A program made the translations under genes and the position numbers. The notes beneath the pieces are model-generated. The model worked only from the letters and a program-made list of their open reading frames with translations. It did not search any database and was not told the DNA's origin. A stretch of 64,000 nt of DNA, taken from assembly GCF_036321535.1 (NCBI RefSeq), contig NC_087437.1:20710001-20774000 (forward strand), in the 5' to 3' direction. Positions 36,516 to 48,390 of the stretch are shown in pieces. Position 1 is the stretch's first letter, and every line of letters begins with the position of its first letter. The DNA is from Camelus dromedarius (lineage: Eukaryota).

Positions 36516-39500
36516 ATTACTACCCTAAGTGCTTTCCAGGAAATATCTTATCTAATTCCTTCTGCAACCTCAGGAAGTGGGAAATTTTACATTCCACTAG
36601 AATCTAAGGTCCACAAGGGTAGGAATTTTGGACTGACTTGGTGCCCACTGATGTCCAGTTTCTAGGACTGCACTTGGTGTATAGCAGATGCTCAGTCAAA
36701 TGTTTGTTGAATGAATAATTGAATCAGTATTTACAGGTGAGGAAACTGCAGCTCAGGGAGGTAAGGTACGTACCTTGCCTGAGGTGCTACAGTTGGGAAG
36801 TGGCCTGCATCTCAGTCCCAGGGACATACCGTGAGCTGTGGCTTGGGGTTCCCTGTTGCCCTTGGAATATGAGTTACTTCTAGGATAGCACTGAGCACAT
36901 GCAGCACAACCATCACAAGACTTTGAGTTAACAGTGAGCTCAAGGCCCAGAAAGTTGTCTGTCTTCTTGCTGCCAGCACCTTGCTATAACTTGAGAGTGG
37001 GGTGAACGGTGTAGAAATGAGTGATGTTTCTGTAATCTGCCTTCATCCTGCCATGCATGTGTTTAGGAACCTTCTGTGGCTCCCTCCTCCTACGGGAACC
37101 TAATCTGGTCCCAACCATTCTCCACCCTGTTCACTGATGAGTCACCGTGTAAAGGCTGTCATCAGTCAACAGCTGAGGGGTGGGTGGGCTTCGCCCCCAT
37201 CTCTGTACCACCACACCCATCCTTTATCCTCCTCCAAATACCTCCTCACATCAGGCATGCCCACCGACGTCCTCCCTGCCCTTTTAGTTTTAACGCAGTT
37301 TCTGCCTCTTCCCTGAAGCCCTCTCTGACCATTCTAGCAGAATCCACCCCTACCCACCGCCCCTATTCCCTGCAGCCCCAGGGAATGTCTCTACAGTGCA
37401 TTTCCTAATGGTGTTCCTGGAACCCTGAATTCTGCAGTGTGATGGGGCTTCTGCTGCCTGGGGCCTGAGGCCCCTCCTAGTAAACTCTGCTTTTATCTCT
37501 CTTACACATCAGGGTCCACGTTGCACTGAGTTTTGAACGGGGTGCTCTTCCAAAACCACTGGTCTCTCTGTAATTGATCACATACCCACCCTGTGACTCA
37601 TGTAGTTAAACATTGTTTAAAACTAATTTAAGTAAATTTTACAGCTTTCGTTTTTTCTGATTTGAAAAGTGAGACATATTTACTTAAGAAAACTTAGAAA
37701 ATGCAGAAAATTACAAATAAGAAAAGAAATCTTCTAGGATCCCACCACCTGCTTAAAGAGTTGGAAGCCAGTCTTCTTTCTGTCTTGCGATTTTAAAGAA
37801 AATAAGATGTAATCCCAGTTATAAGTACTCATAACAGTGAGGGCGTATTTTCTCTTTCCACTGCATTTTTTAATTGTTACTTGTATTCATTTTTTAAAAT
37901 AGTAATAGATTCAGAATTCTGAAGAGTAAACCATGAAAACTCCCACTTTTACCTGTTTCAAACCACTCCGGCCAATTTTGTAACATAGCTTCGTTATGAC
38001 ATAATTGAGTTCAAACTGTACGTGCTCTATTATAGCTTGCTGTTTTGATTTAGCAATAGAACATTTTCTTCTGTCACTATTAATCTTTTAATATGGGTAC
38101 CCAACATGTTATAAAAAGAAAGCATCAAATATGTGAGTAAATACTGAGAAGTCCACAATAGAAATTAAAAGTCTACCGCTGTTCATTTGGGGGGCTGTCC
38201 CTTTCTAGACCTTTTTCTGTAAGTTTGCACGTTGTCTTAAACTTCCCATATGTATGCTGAGATATGCAAATGTGTGTTTTACCTACGTGAGATTCTCCTG
38301 TATCTATTACGCTGTTTCCAGCACTCTCATCTGGTTTTTACTGGGCAGTGTCTCCTGGAGGTTTGTCCACATCCAAAGCTAAATCTACCTCTTTCTTTTA
38401 AGGCTGAATCAGGTTGCATTGTATGGAGAAACTAATTTTGAGCCATTTCTGTCCATGTGAACATTTCAGTTGTTTTCACATTTTTATAATTATTCTTATT
38501 GCTGCTTTGTACAGATGAGTGAGCATTTTGGGGGAATAGATACCCAGAATATGGAGTTTTGGGGCAAATGCGGTGTGTATTTATTGTTTCAACAAGACCA
38601 CTGGTTCTTCAAAATTCCATTCCTGTTAACCCTCTCACCCACAGTGCATGAAAGAATTCATCCCTATTGAGACTGGCATTCGCTAAAGATGCACAGTCTT
38701 TTATTTTTTGGCAATCCAAAGAGTGAGACATGCCATGGCATTTTAAAATTTGTGTTTCTTCCCATCCTAGTTTTCCAAGCATATACATACACACATTTTA
38801 AAAAAATTAACGTCATGCAGTACATGGTTCTGTATGCTTTTTTTCACTTTTTACATTAAGTCATATTAAAACTTTCATATTTTCTTTTCCCAGTCATTTC
38901 ACTGTCTTCAAAAGCTCAGTTGTTCAGGGGTGTTATCTTATTGAACTCTTGTAAATCCCCTAGAGTTTATTTATGTCCTTAATCTCCAAAGACCCTGGGG
39001 ATAAGTAAGAGGGAAGAAACTTCTGCAGAGAATTGACACAGGGTCTATCCAGTAAATAGGAACCAAATTAAAATCTGAATTAGATGTTTGCTCAGGGGCT
39101 CACCCCTTAGGTATTTGACAGGGAGGTGCCTAAGTTGTCACTGTGAGCTCTCTGAGCTCCTGTTCTATATAGATATTGAATGCAATGTGTTAAATGTTAA
39201 GAAGCTTCACCAGTTTCGTATGTTCCATTATGAAAAGTGCCCAGCTTTCTTTGTTGTTGTTTGGATGGAGGGATTATGAAGCTTCCAGAGCATTTAACAT
39301 GGGTGAAAACTCGCAGGAGGCAGTGCGGTGTGATGGGGATCGCATGGAGCCGGCAAGGTCAGGGAGCTGGCTTCAGATTCTAGCTGTGCCACCACCCCCC
39401 CAACCCCCAACTGCTGTCTGCTGTGTCATCACGAAGAAGGACCTCAGCCTCTCCCCTCTCTGGTTCCCCGGGGTCTGTGTGGTGAGGATTCCCAGGGTGT

Positions 39501-39609
39501 AAGTGAATTTGGAAAGCCTGGTGGAGGATAGGCTGGTAGTTAGAGGCCAATTCTAGCTCAGTATTAATGGGAATTCTAAGGATTAGCACCTTCTAATAAT
39601 GGGATTGGC

Positions 39610-40520
39610 TGTTGGTATCATTAAAAAAACAAATATCTGGCCTTTGTCCCAGGTTCCTGGCACACGGCTCCGAAAACCCTTGGAATTTCCAGAGTGTGAA
39701 GAGTGTCTTTTATATGCTAATGAGACGTACAGGTATCTGGTCGAGGGGCGGGTGCCAAAAAGACCAAGGCCTGATTAAAGAGTTGTAATGATCCACCCCA
39801 CACAACCTCCAGGCAGGGGAGAGGAGAGAGCTGGAGGTTGAGTTCAGTCATTAATGGTCAGTGATCTAGTCAATCTTGCCTACATAAAACCTGTATAAAA
39901 AACTCTTTTTAAAAATTAAAAGCTGTACACCAGAAATTGATGCAACATTGTAAACCAATTGTACTTCAATAAAAAAAAATTTAAAAATAAAACCTCTAAA
40001 GAGTGGGGTTTAGAGAACTTCAGGTTGGCGAGCACATAGAGGTGCTAGGAGGGTGGCCGAGCCAGAAGAGAGGGGGGACGCTCTGAGCCCTTGCCCCGTA
40101 CGTGGCCCTGTGCATTTCTTTTATTGGCTATTCCTAAGCTGTATCCTTGATCATAAATCTACAGGAAGTAACAGAGTTACTTACTCTATTTCCAGCTTTG
40201 TGAGTTGTTCTAACAAATTATCAAACCTGAAAGTAGAGGGCTTGTGGGAACCCCTCTTCCCCGACTTTGTAGCCAAGTGGGACAGAATTGGACAACCTGG
40301 GGGCTGAGACTTGCGACTGGCATCTGAAATGGGGGCAGCCTTTGGGACTGAGCCCTTAAACTTGTGGGGTCTGAAGCTAAGTCACGGTGGTCAGTGTCAG
40401 AATCGAGTTGAATTGTGGGATACCTAACTGGTGTCCGAAGAATCGGAAGAATGATTGATATGAGAGAAAAAAAATCCCACATGTTTCATGTCAGGAATGT
40501 TGTGAGTAAAAGCAGCTGAG
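39610..40520 (+). mobile_element. Second MER21-family solo LTR, containing a short L1 3' tail (about 39918-39992)
   Basis: GGTTCCTGGCACACGGCTCCGAAAACCCTTGGAATTTCC...TTGCGACTGGCATCTGAA...GGACTGAGCCCTTAA. The internal GCTGTACACCAGAAATTGATGCAACATTGTAAAC...AATAAAAAAAA is an L1 terminus. Confidence 0.75.
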
Positions 40521-42229
40521 CTAAATATTGTCCATCTCCGGAAATGTTCTGACGTGCCATCAGCCAGCTGTGTGCCAGGCTTTGTCCAGTGCTGGAGACA
40601 CCCTTGTGAACAGACAGACCCCATCTCAACTGTCAGGTAGCTTACACTCAATCACAGAAGACAGCCAGCCAGCCAGAAATTTCAGCATGGTTGGTTATGT
40701 AATGATAGTCCTGAGAAGTGTCACGAAGGAGAAACACAGGGTGATTTGAGAGTATCAGACAGGATGCTGATGTAGATAGGGGAGTTCAAGGGCAGCTTGA
40801 ACTGAGAAAGTGATCTTTGAGCTGGAATCCAAGGGATGATCAGGAGTCAGCAAGGTGGGAAAGGTGGAGGGGCAGGAGGGGCAGGGGAGGCAGCTTGCTG
40901 GCCAGAGTTCTGATGACCACCTGCTGGGAAAATTTTAGAAGACACTCCTTCCGGGGACAACAAGGTTTTGCATTATGTTTTTAAAGTAATCTCTTAGAAT
41001 GCTTTACTTTTCTTACAAGAGAAGACATCAAGTATGTTCCTAACTTGAGACGAGGAAAGGGATCTCCATCCTGACTGAGTCAGTCATAACCAGATCAGTG
41101 AGTGACATGGCAGTCTGAGGTTAGGCATCACGGGGTTGTTGGGCAGAGCCAATCCTCCATAACCAACAGTTCACAGCACTGTTACTGAACACGACCTACT
41201 GAAATCATTCCTACCACTGTCAAACCCTGTTATATACACGATCGTGCCCAACTTACAACACAACAGACTGTGCAAGATGACTATGAAAACAAACCTCTAA
41301 ATATTATAGGATAGTTCTTTGCCCTGTTTCATAGTCATACTTAGAAACTCAATTTTCTGATGAGAATACGGAATAAGTATTTGCTCATTTAACCTAAGTT
41401 TGTGGAAACTGGTCTGTGAACAAGGATGGTGGCTGTCCCAGTGCTGGGCATTCTCAAAAGCACTTGGTTTGGGACAGCATCTTTCTTCATGTTTCCAATT
41501 AAGCATTTTGACTTCTTTTTTTAGAACACCTAGTAGATTACAGGTATGACTCACTGTGGAAAATTTGAAAAGGCCTGCCATCCACTGAGTGAGGTGGCTT
41601 TCTTTGTTCTTAGATCTCTGCCTCTCTCGGCTTCAAATTAGGGTTCAAGGCAAGCATCAGATCCCACATCACAGAGTGATTTAAAGATGTAAATAGTCAA
41701 AACTCTTCCAAAAATGTTGCCTGATAGTAAGCTTAAGGAGTTAGCCCCAATCTGTACATTTAAATATTCCTAATAATAATAAAAAAAGATTTTACTGGTG
41801 TATTTTCAGGTGGGTAGCAGACCCATGAGCGGAAAGGAATTAACCATTTCTGAGCTATTACGATTCAGGTATTTCATGTACATTTTGCTTAATCTTTATC
41901 AAAGCCTATGTATACGGACTAGTGATTGTTAAGATTAGTGTTAAGCTGCACTAACAGATAAACTCCCAAATTTCAGTGGCTTAACACGATAGATTACTTT
42001 TCCTTTACAAAATGATCTAATTTGGTTCCAGGACAATGGTGTTAAGGATGGGCGTGAATGAAAGGGATGGGACCACTGTTCCACACAGATCTGGGGACCC
42101 AGTCTTGTAGAAGCTCTACCTCTATTGGCATGTGATTTTCAAGTTTGCCTTTTTCTTTTGGTTATTTTCATTTATTATTTTTTAACACTGTACATTCATA
42201 TTTATTCAACATCAATTTATATCTTCTTT

Positions 42230-44955
42230 TTTCCTACAGTTTTATTGAGATATAATTAACGTATAACATTGTATTAGTTTATACTCAGCCATAAAAAGGA
42301 ATGAAATGTCATTTGCAGCAACGTGGATGGACCTAGAGATTATCATACTAAGTCAAGTAAGTTGATCAGAGAAAAACAAACGTATCACCTATATATGGAA
42401 TCTAAAAAAATGACACAAACAAACTTATTTACAAAAACAGAAAGAAACTCGTAGACATAGAAAACAAACTTATGGTTACCAGCAGGGAAAAGTGGGGTGG
42501 GAGGGATAAACTGGGAGTTTGGGATTGTCGCTGATACAAACTACTATGTACAGAATAGATAAACAATAAGGTCCTACTGTACAGCACAGGGAACTATATT
42601 CAGTGGCTTATAGTAACCTGTAGTGAAAAAGAATATATATATATGTATAAATGAATCACTGTGCTGTACACCAGAAACTAATACAACATTGCAAATCCAA
42701 AAATATTAAAAATTAAAACATATAAAGAAAAAACCATTGTATTAGTTTAAGGTGTATAACATTTGATGTATATACTGCAAAATGATCACCACAAGAAGTC
42801 TAGTTAATATCCATCACCTCACAGAGGTATGCATTTTTTTTCTTGTGATGAAAACTGAGAATCTAATAGAGACTTTCAAACATACAGTACTGTAACAATA
42901 CAGTACAATACAGTATCGTTAAGCATAATCACGATGCTGTACATGACATCCCACAAACTTATTTATCTTACAGCTGGAAGTTTGTACCTTTTGACCACAT
43001 TTACCCATTTTCCTTACCACTCACCCCACCACCCCTGCCACCTCTGGCAACCACTGATCTGTTCTCCGTTTCTGAGTTTTTTTCAGATTCCACATATAAG
43101 TGAGATCATACCATATTTATCTTTTTCTGTCGACTTATGCATAATGCCCTCAAGGTCCAGGCATGTTGTTGCAAATGGTAGGATTTCCTTCTTTTTGTGC
43201 CTGGACAATATTCCATTGTGTGTGTGTGTGTGTGTGTGTGTACCTACAACCTAAGTGCCCATCGATGGATGAATGGATAAAGAAAATGTAATATGTGTAC
43301 ATAGATGTAGATATAGATCTATATCTTGGTTACTATAAATAATGCTGCAATGAACATGGGGTGCAGATAACTCTTCAAGGTAATGATTTTGTTTCCTTTG
43401 GACACATACCCAGAAGTAGAATTGCTGGATCCTATGGTAGTTCTATTTTTAATGTTTTGAGGATCCTCCATACTATCTTCTATAGTGGCTACACCAGTTT
43501 ACATTCCGACCAATAGTGCACAAGGGTCCCCTTTTCTCTACATCCTCACCAACACTTGTTATCTCATCTTTCTGATAATAGCCATTCTAACAGGTGTGAA
43601 GTGATATCTCATTGTGCTTTTGATTTGCATTTCCTTGATGACTAGTGATGTTGAGCTTCTTTTCATGTACTTGTTGACAATTTGCATATCTTTTTTGGAA
43701 AAATGTTTATTCAGTTCTTCTGCTCATTTTTTAATCAGATTTTTTTTGCTATTGAGTTCTTCATATATATTTTGCATACTAACCCCTAGTTTTATATATG
43801 ATTTGCAAATATTTTCTCCCATTTCATAGGTTGCCTTTTCATTTTGTTCATTTTTTGCTATGTAGAAGCCTTTTAGTTTGATATAATCCCATTTGTCTAT
43901 TTTTTGCTTTTGTTGCCTTTATTTTTTGGTGTCCAAATCCAAAGGTCATTGCCAAGACCAGTGTCAAGAAGCTTGCCCGCTATGTTTTCCTTTAGGAGTT
44001 TTATGGGTTCGGGTCTTACATTTAACTCTTTAATCCATTTTGAGTCAGTTTTTGTAGGTGGTGTGAGATAGGGGTCCGGTTTCATTCTTTCTCATGGGGC
44101 AGTACGGTTTTCCAATATCATTTATTGAAGAGGCTATCCTTTTCCCATTGTTTATTCTTGGCTCCTTTGTTGTAATTAATTAATCATATATGCATGGGTT
44201 TCTTTCTGGGCTCTCTGTTCTGTTCCATTGATCTGTGTGTCTATTTTTATGCCAATAACATACTGTGTTGATTACTATATTTTTATAATGTAGCTTGAAA
44301 TCAGGAAGTGTGATGCCTCCACCTTTGTTATTCCTTGAGATTGCTTTGGCTAATTGGGGTCTTTTGTGGTTCCATACAAATTTTAGGATTGTTTCTCTAT
44401 TTCTATGAAAAATGCCATTTGAATTTTGATAGCATGTGTAAATTGCTTAGAGCAGTATGGACATTTTAACAACATTAATTCTTCCAATCCATGAGCATGG
44501 AATATCTTTCCATTTATTTTATCTTTGCTTTCTTTCATCAGTGACTTATAGTTTTCATTTCTGTATTTAATTTTATTCCTCATATTCTGTTCTTTTTGAT
44601 GCAGTTGTAAATGGGATTGTTTTCTTAATTTCTTTTTCTGATAGTTCATTTTTAGTGTATAAAAATGCAACTGATTTTTGTATATTGATTTGGTATCCTG
44701 CAACTTTATTGAAATCATTTATTCTAACAGGTTTTTTTGGTGGAATCCTTAGCGGTTTCTGTATATAACATTATGTCATCTGCAAATAGAGACAGTTTTA
44801 CTTCTTCCATTCTGACTTGGATGCCTTTTACTTCTTAATTTTGCCTAATTTTTCTGTCTAGGATGTCTAGCTCTGTGTTGAATAAGAGTGGAGAGAGTGG
44901 GCATCCTTGTCTTATTTCTGCTCTTAGAGGAAAACCTTTAACTTTTCACCACTGT
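42230..44955 (-). mobile_element. L1 (L1MA-like) 3' portion, about 2.3 kb, antisense, interrupted
   Basis: Minus-strand ORFs resemble the ORF2p C-terminus (PYLTPPTKTDSKWIKELNVRPEPIKLLKENI). A classic L1 3'UTR follows, and there are many frameshifts. Confidence 0.9.
42282..42734 (+). mobile_element. Younger 5'-truncated L1 3' end nested in the older L1
   Basis: TACTCAGCCATAAAAAGGAATGAAA...TTTGCAGCAACGTGGATGGACCTAGAGATTATCATACTAAG... with an A-rich tail. TSD CATTGTATTAGTTTA at 42267-42281 and 42735-42749. Confidence 0.85.
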
Positions 44956-47900
44956 GTGTATAAGTACCATTGACTTTGAGGCTTGTGATTCATTGCAACT
45001 TTAAGCTGAATCAGCTAAATGGTGTTTATTACAATGTTATTCTCTACCTCATCAGACAGGAGCTGGGATTAAATAGCAATTCAAATTCCTTCCAAGCTAA
45101 ATGTCTGTGATTCTATGTGACTGTGCTCTTAGCTCTGTGTTTGCTCTCTCTGTCTCTTTGTATGTGTGAAGGAAAAAAAGGAAAAGTTTTGAGAGCATCT
45201 TAAAACATCTGAATCAGAGAATCCTTGGATCTCAGCACATGGATGCTCCGAGAGGTCACCCATGTCAACCCCTCCACAAGGACCCCCTGCAGGCAGCTGC
45301 CCACTCGACCACCTCCTTGGGCAGGAGGGCTCACTCTGTATTGACACTCATGCTGCCAGTCTCCCACTGAATCAATCACCCAGCAGTTTTCTAAGAAGTA
45401 TTTTCGGGGCATGGAGTTCCTGCCCACCAGTACCAGCCGTGATGATGACCCACAGAGTGCCCGGGGCCCCACGCCTCGACGCCGTCAGGCCATGGTGTGG
45501 GCCAGCAGCGGGCACGAGGCTCTAGGCGAGTGTGCTTCCAGCCGGAAAAAGGCCTCCTGGGAGAAACACCTCGATCCGTTGCACAGATGAGTGCGCTGTT
45601 CTTGTAAATGTCCAGGGAAAAGTCTTATTTCCATGTAGTATTGTTAACATAGAAAATGCAGCTTTCCGAACGCGTAACTGGCCTTGGCAACCTACCCTTT
45701 CATGTGCCTGATTCACTTTGCACAGCTGTGAATCTCAGGACCCTGCAAGCTTTTTTTTTTTCCTTTAAAATTTGGACTTCCTCACTCAAATCTTCCATTG
45801 TACACCACTTATATTTCTGGTTTTACAACCCTGCCTGTGTAGTCCTTTTGTGCTTTCCTTGACATTTTAAGGAACTTTTAATTGACATGGTTTGCCTGCA
45901 AAATAAAAAGAATCAGCTATATTTTTCAAGTGGCTTTGTGGTGGATAAAGCACGCCAACTGCATGTTCTACTTTTTTTGGTTGTTGAGGTACTTACCCTT
46001 GTGCTTGACTTTCTAAAATAAGCATGCCAGTTTCAGATGTGATGCTTTTAGAACTCAAGAAAGAGCAAAGCAGCAAATTTGGGTGGAACCCAGACTTCTC
46101 CCCAAATATCAGGGGAAAAAAATCACTGGAGAGTATATAAAAGTGGAAATTCTGGCTTGCTGAATTAGTTATCTCAGTCTGTTCTGGTCCTGAGAAGTGA
46201 TCAGCAGTCCTGACAAGTTTATCCTTTGTCAAGCTGGAAAGAACACCTCAAAGAGGAGAGTAGGGGGAACGTGTAGGTCACAAATGTGGGGGAGGCGGGG
46301 GGAGAACTTCAGTATTTCAGGGATTTAAAAACACTAAATCTGCAGATTATCTGCCTCAGAATCCTTTTCGGAAAGAAGCGGTAGATAAATAATTCATGCT
46401 GCATATTTAAGCACATGTGAGATATGGAATAAAAGGTGCTGTCGGTAGAACTTGCAGTCGGCAGGCTGAGGGGAGCTGCTCTGCTGGTTGTCACTGAACT
46501 GCACCCGAGCAAACCAGCACTGATGTTCCTTAAACATATAATTATGACTGTATGAGCTGTGATTGCTAGATCTGAAACAGGCTGGTACTGTCATCAGATG
46601 AGTGGGTTTGAGAGGTTTTTTTTGTTTTTGTTTTTGTTTTTTCAGAATAACTGTGTTTTGTTAGATCTTCTCCAGCTGTGGGTTGTTGCGGACATCCCTT
46701 CCCTCCCTCCGTCCTAACAGAACTCCGATTCTGTTCAGGCCTCCACCATCACCCTCCTTGCGTGGGCCTCTGCTAGGAAGTGAATCCTCATTGGTCCATT
46801 CCTGGTGCGGGTGATCAGTTTGGGCAGAGTTCTGGCCGTTAGGCATTAGGGGAAGTCCACTGGAGGGTTTCTGGGAAAGCCATCCTTGCTTCCAGTAGAA
46901 ATGTGCAGGGTTGTTCCTTCTGCCTCTGAGTATTGCCAAGTGTGATGATGCTGGGGAAAGTGGTCACCATCTGTGACACTTTGAGGGGCTCCATCCTGGA
47001 GACAAGACACAGAGGATGGCAGAGAATCCAGAGATGGGAAGATCCTGGCTTCCGCATGATGCCCTTGAGTTGCTGAATTAAGCAACCCTGGAGCAGCAGT
47101 TCCTAATACCGTGACTCATTATATGTGAATTTTGATGGGCCCCTTTGCGTTAGCAGGGTTTTCTATTACCAGCAGCCAACCCATCTTTGTAAGTCCATGA
47201 ATTGTTTACGATAAAACAAACAAAAAAAGCCCTCCAAAACAACAAAGTTTACCATGACCATATCTCATTTATATCACATCTAAGTGAGATGTTCAGCCTG
47301 GTCGGTGATGAAGTTTTTCTGCCTAATGCAATTCAACATGAATGTGTGTGCTTATCCATCACACTCCACTGAGGGAGCCCCCGTGGAGAGGACCATTGTT
47401 CTTTAGAGCTAGTGATGAGTTCTAATTAAGATATTGCTTTGGCTGCTTTAACAGAAATGAAATAACAGTGACTTTAAAAGGTTGTGAGGTTGATCTTTCT
47501 CTCTCCAAACAGTTTGAGCTGGTTGGTGGTCAAGGAGATGAGTGGCCTTCCCCCAGGGGTCATCCAGGCTTCTCCTCTGTCATCCACAAGGATGTTGTCT
47601 CTTTGGGCTTTGAGAAAGCTGGCTCACCCCCACACCAGTGTTTTGGAGCATGGGGAGGCAGGAAGAAGGGAGGGCAGATTGGGGCAGGGTAGACAGCTGC
47701 CTTTTGACTGAGAATTGCACGTGTTACTTCCAGTCACACCTCACTGGCCAGACTTGATCACATGATGATGACTAGTTGCAAGAGAGCCTGAGAAATAACT
47801 ATCTCTGCTCAGTGGCTAAAACCTCAAGGATTCTGTTAGTAAGGAGGAGAGAATAGATGCTGGGGGACAGTTCAGAGTGTCGGCTACATATGTGTCTCTA

Positions 47901-48209
47901 CAATGAAGAGGAAGAGCATGACAGAGTGCTGGCTGCCACTCTCTGATTGTGCCACAGGGGTGGGAGCCATGAGAACTGGGATCCCTCAGCAGCCTGGAGC
48001 CTTGTGCCAGTTCTGACCTGCCCTTGTCCTGTCTTCTGGTCAGACTAGGGACCTCAACTAGGGATGTTTAAAGCCTCTTCAAACTCTGACTTTCTCTGCA
48101 TAGCCTCCCAGGGCAGGCATTCTATTTCTCCTGTCGGGGGCAGAGACGAGGCAGCAGTAGGGTGAGTACCTCCCATGTGGGTGGTGGGTATTGAAGCCAG
48201 GAGAGAAGT

Positions 48210-48390
48210 CACTGCTAACATTTATTGAGAGCTTATTAGGAGCCCAGTACTGGGCTGTGTCCCTTACACGTATTAATCCCTGACACACCCTGTGAGATGG
48301 ACCCTATGATTGTACCCATTTCATAGATGGGGAAACTGGGGCTCAGGGAGGGTTCAAGAAGAGCTCTTGACTTAGCCAACTGACCCCTGA
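48210..48390 (-). mobile_element. MIR SINE
   Basis: GCTAACATTTATTGAGAGCTTA...CCCATTTCATAGATGGGGAAACTGGGGCTCAGGGAGG is antisense MIR. Confidence 0.75.

Noticed and set aside
35716..40520. Provirus bounded by two same-orientation MER21 LTRs
   Set aside because: The LTRs differ visibly. The 3 kb between them holds older L2, MIR and L1 debris with no gag, pol or PBS, so these are two independent solo LTRs.
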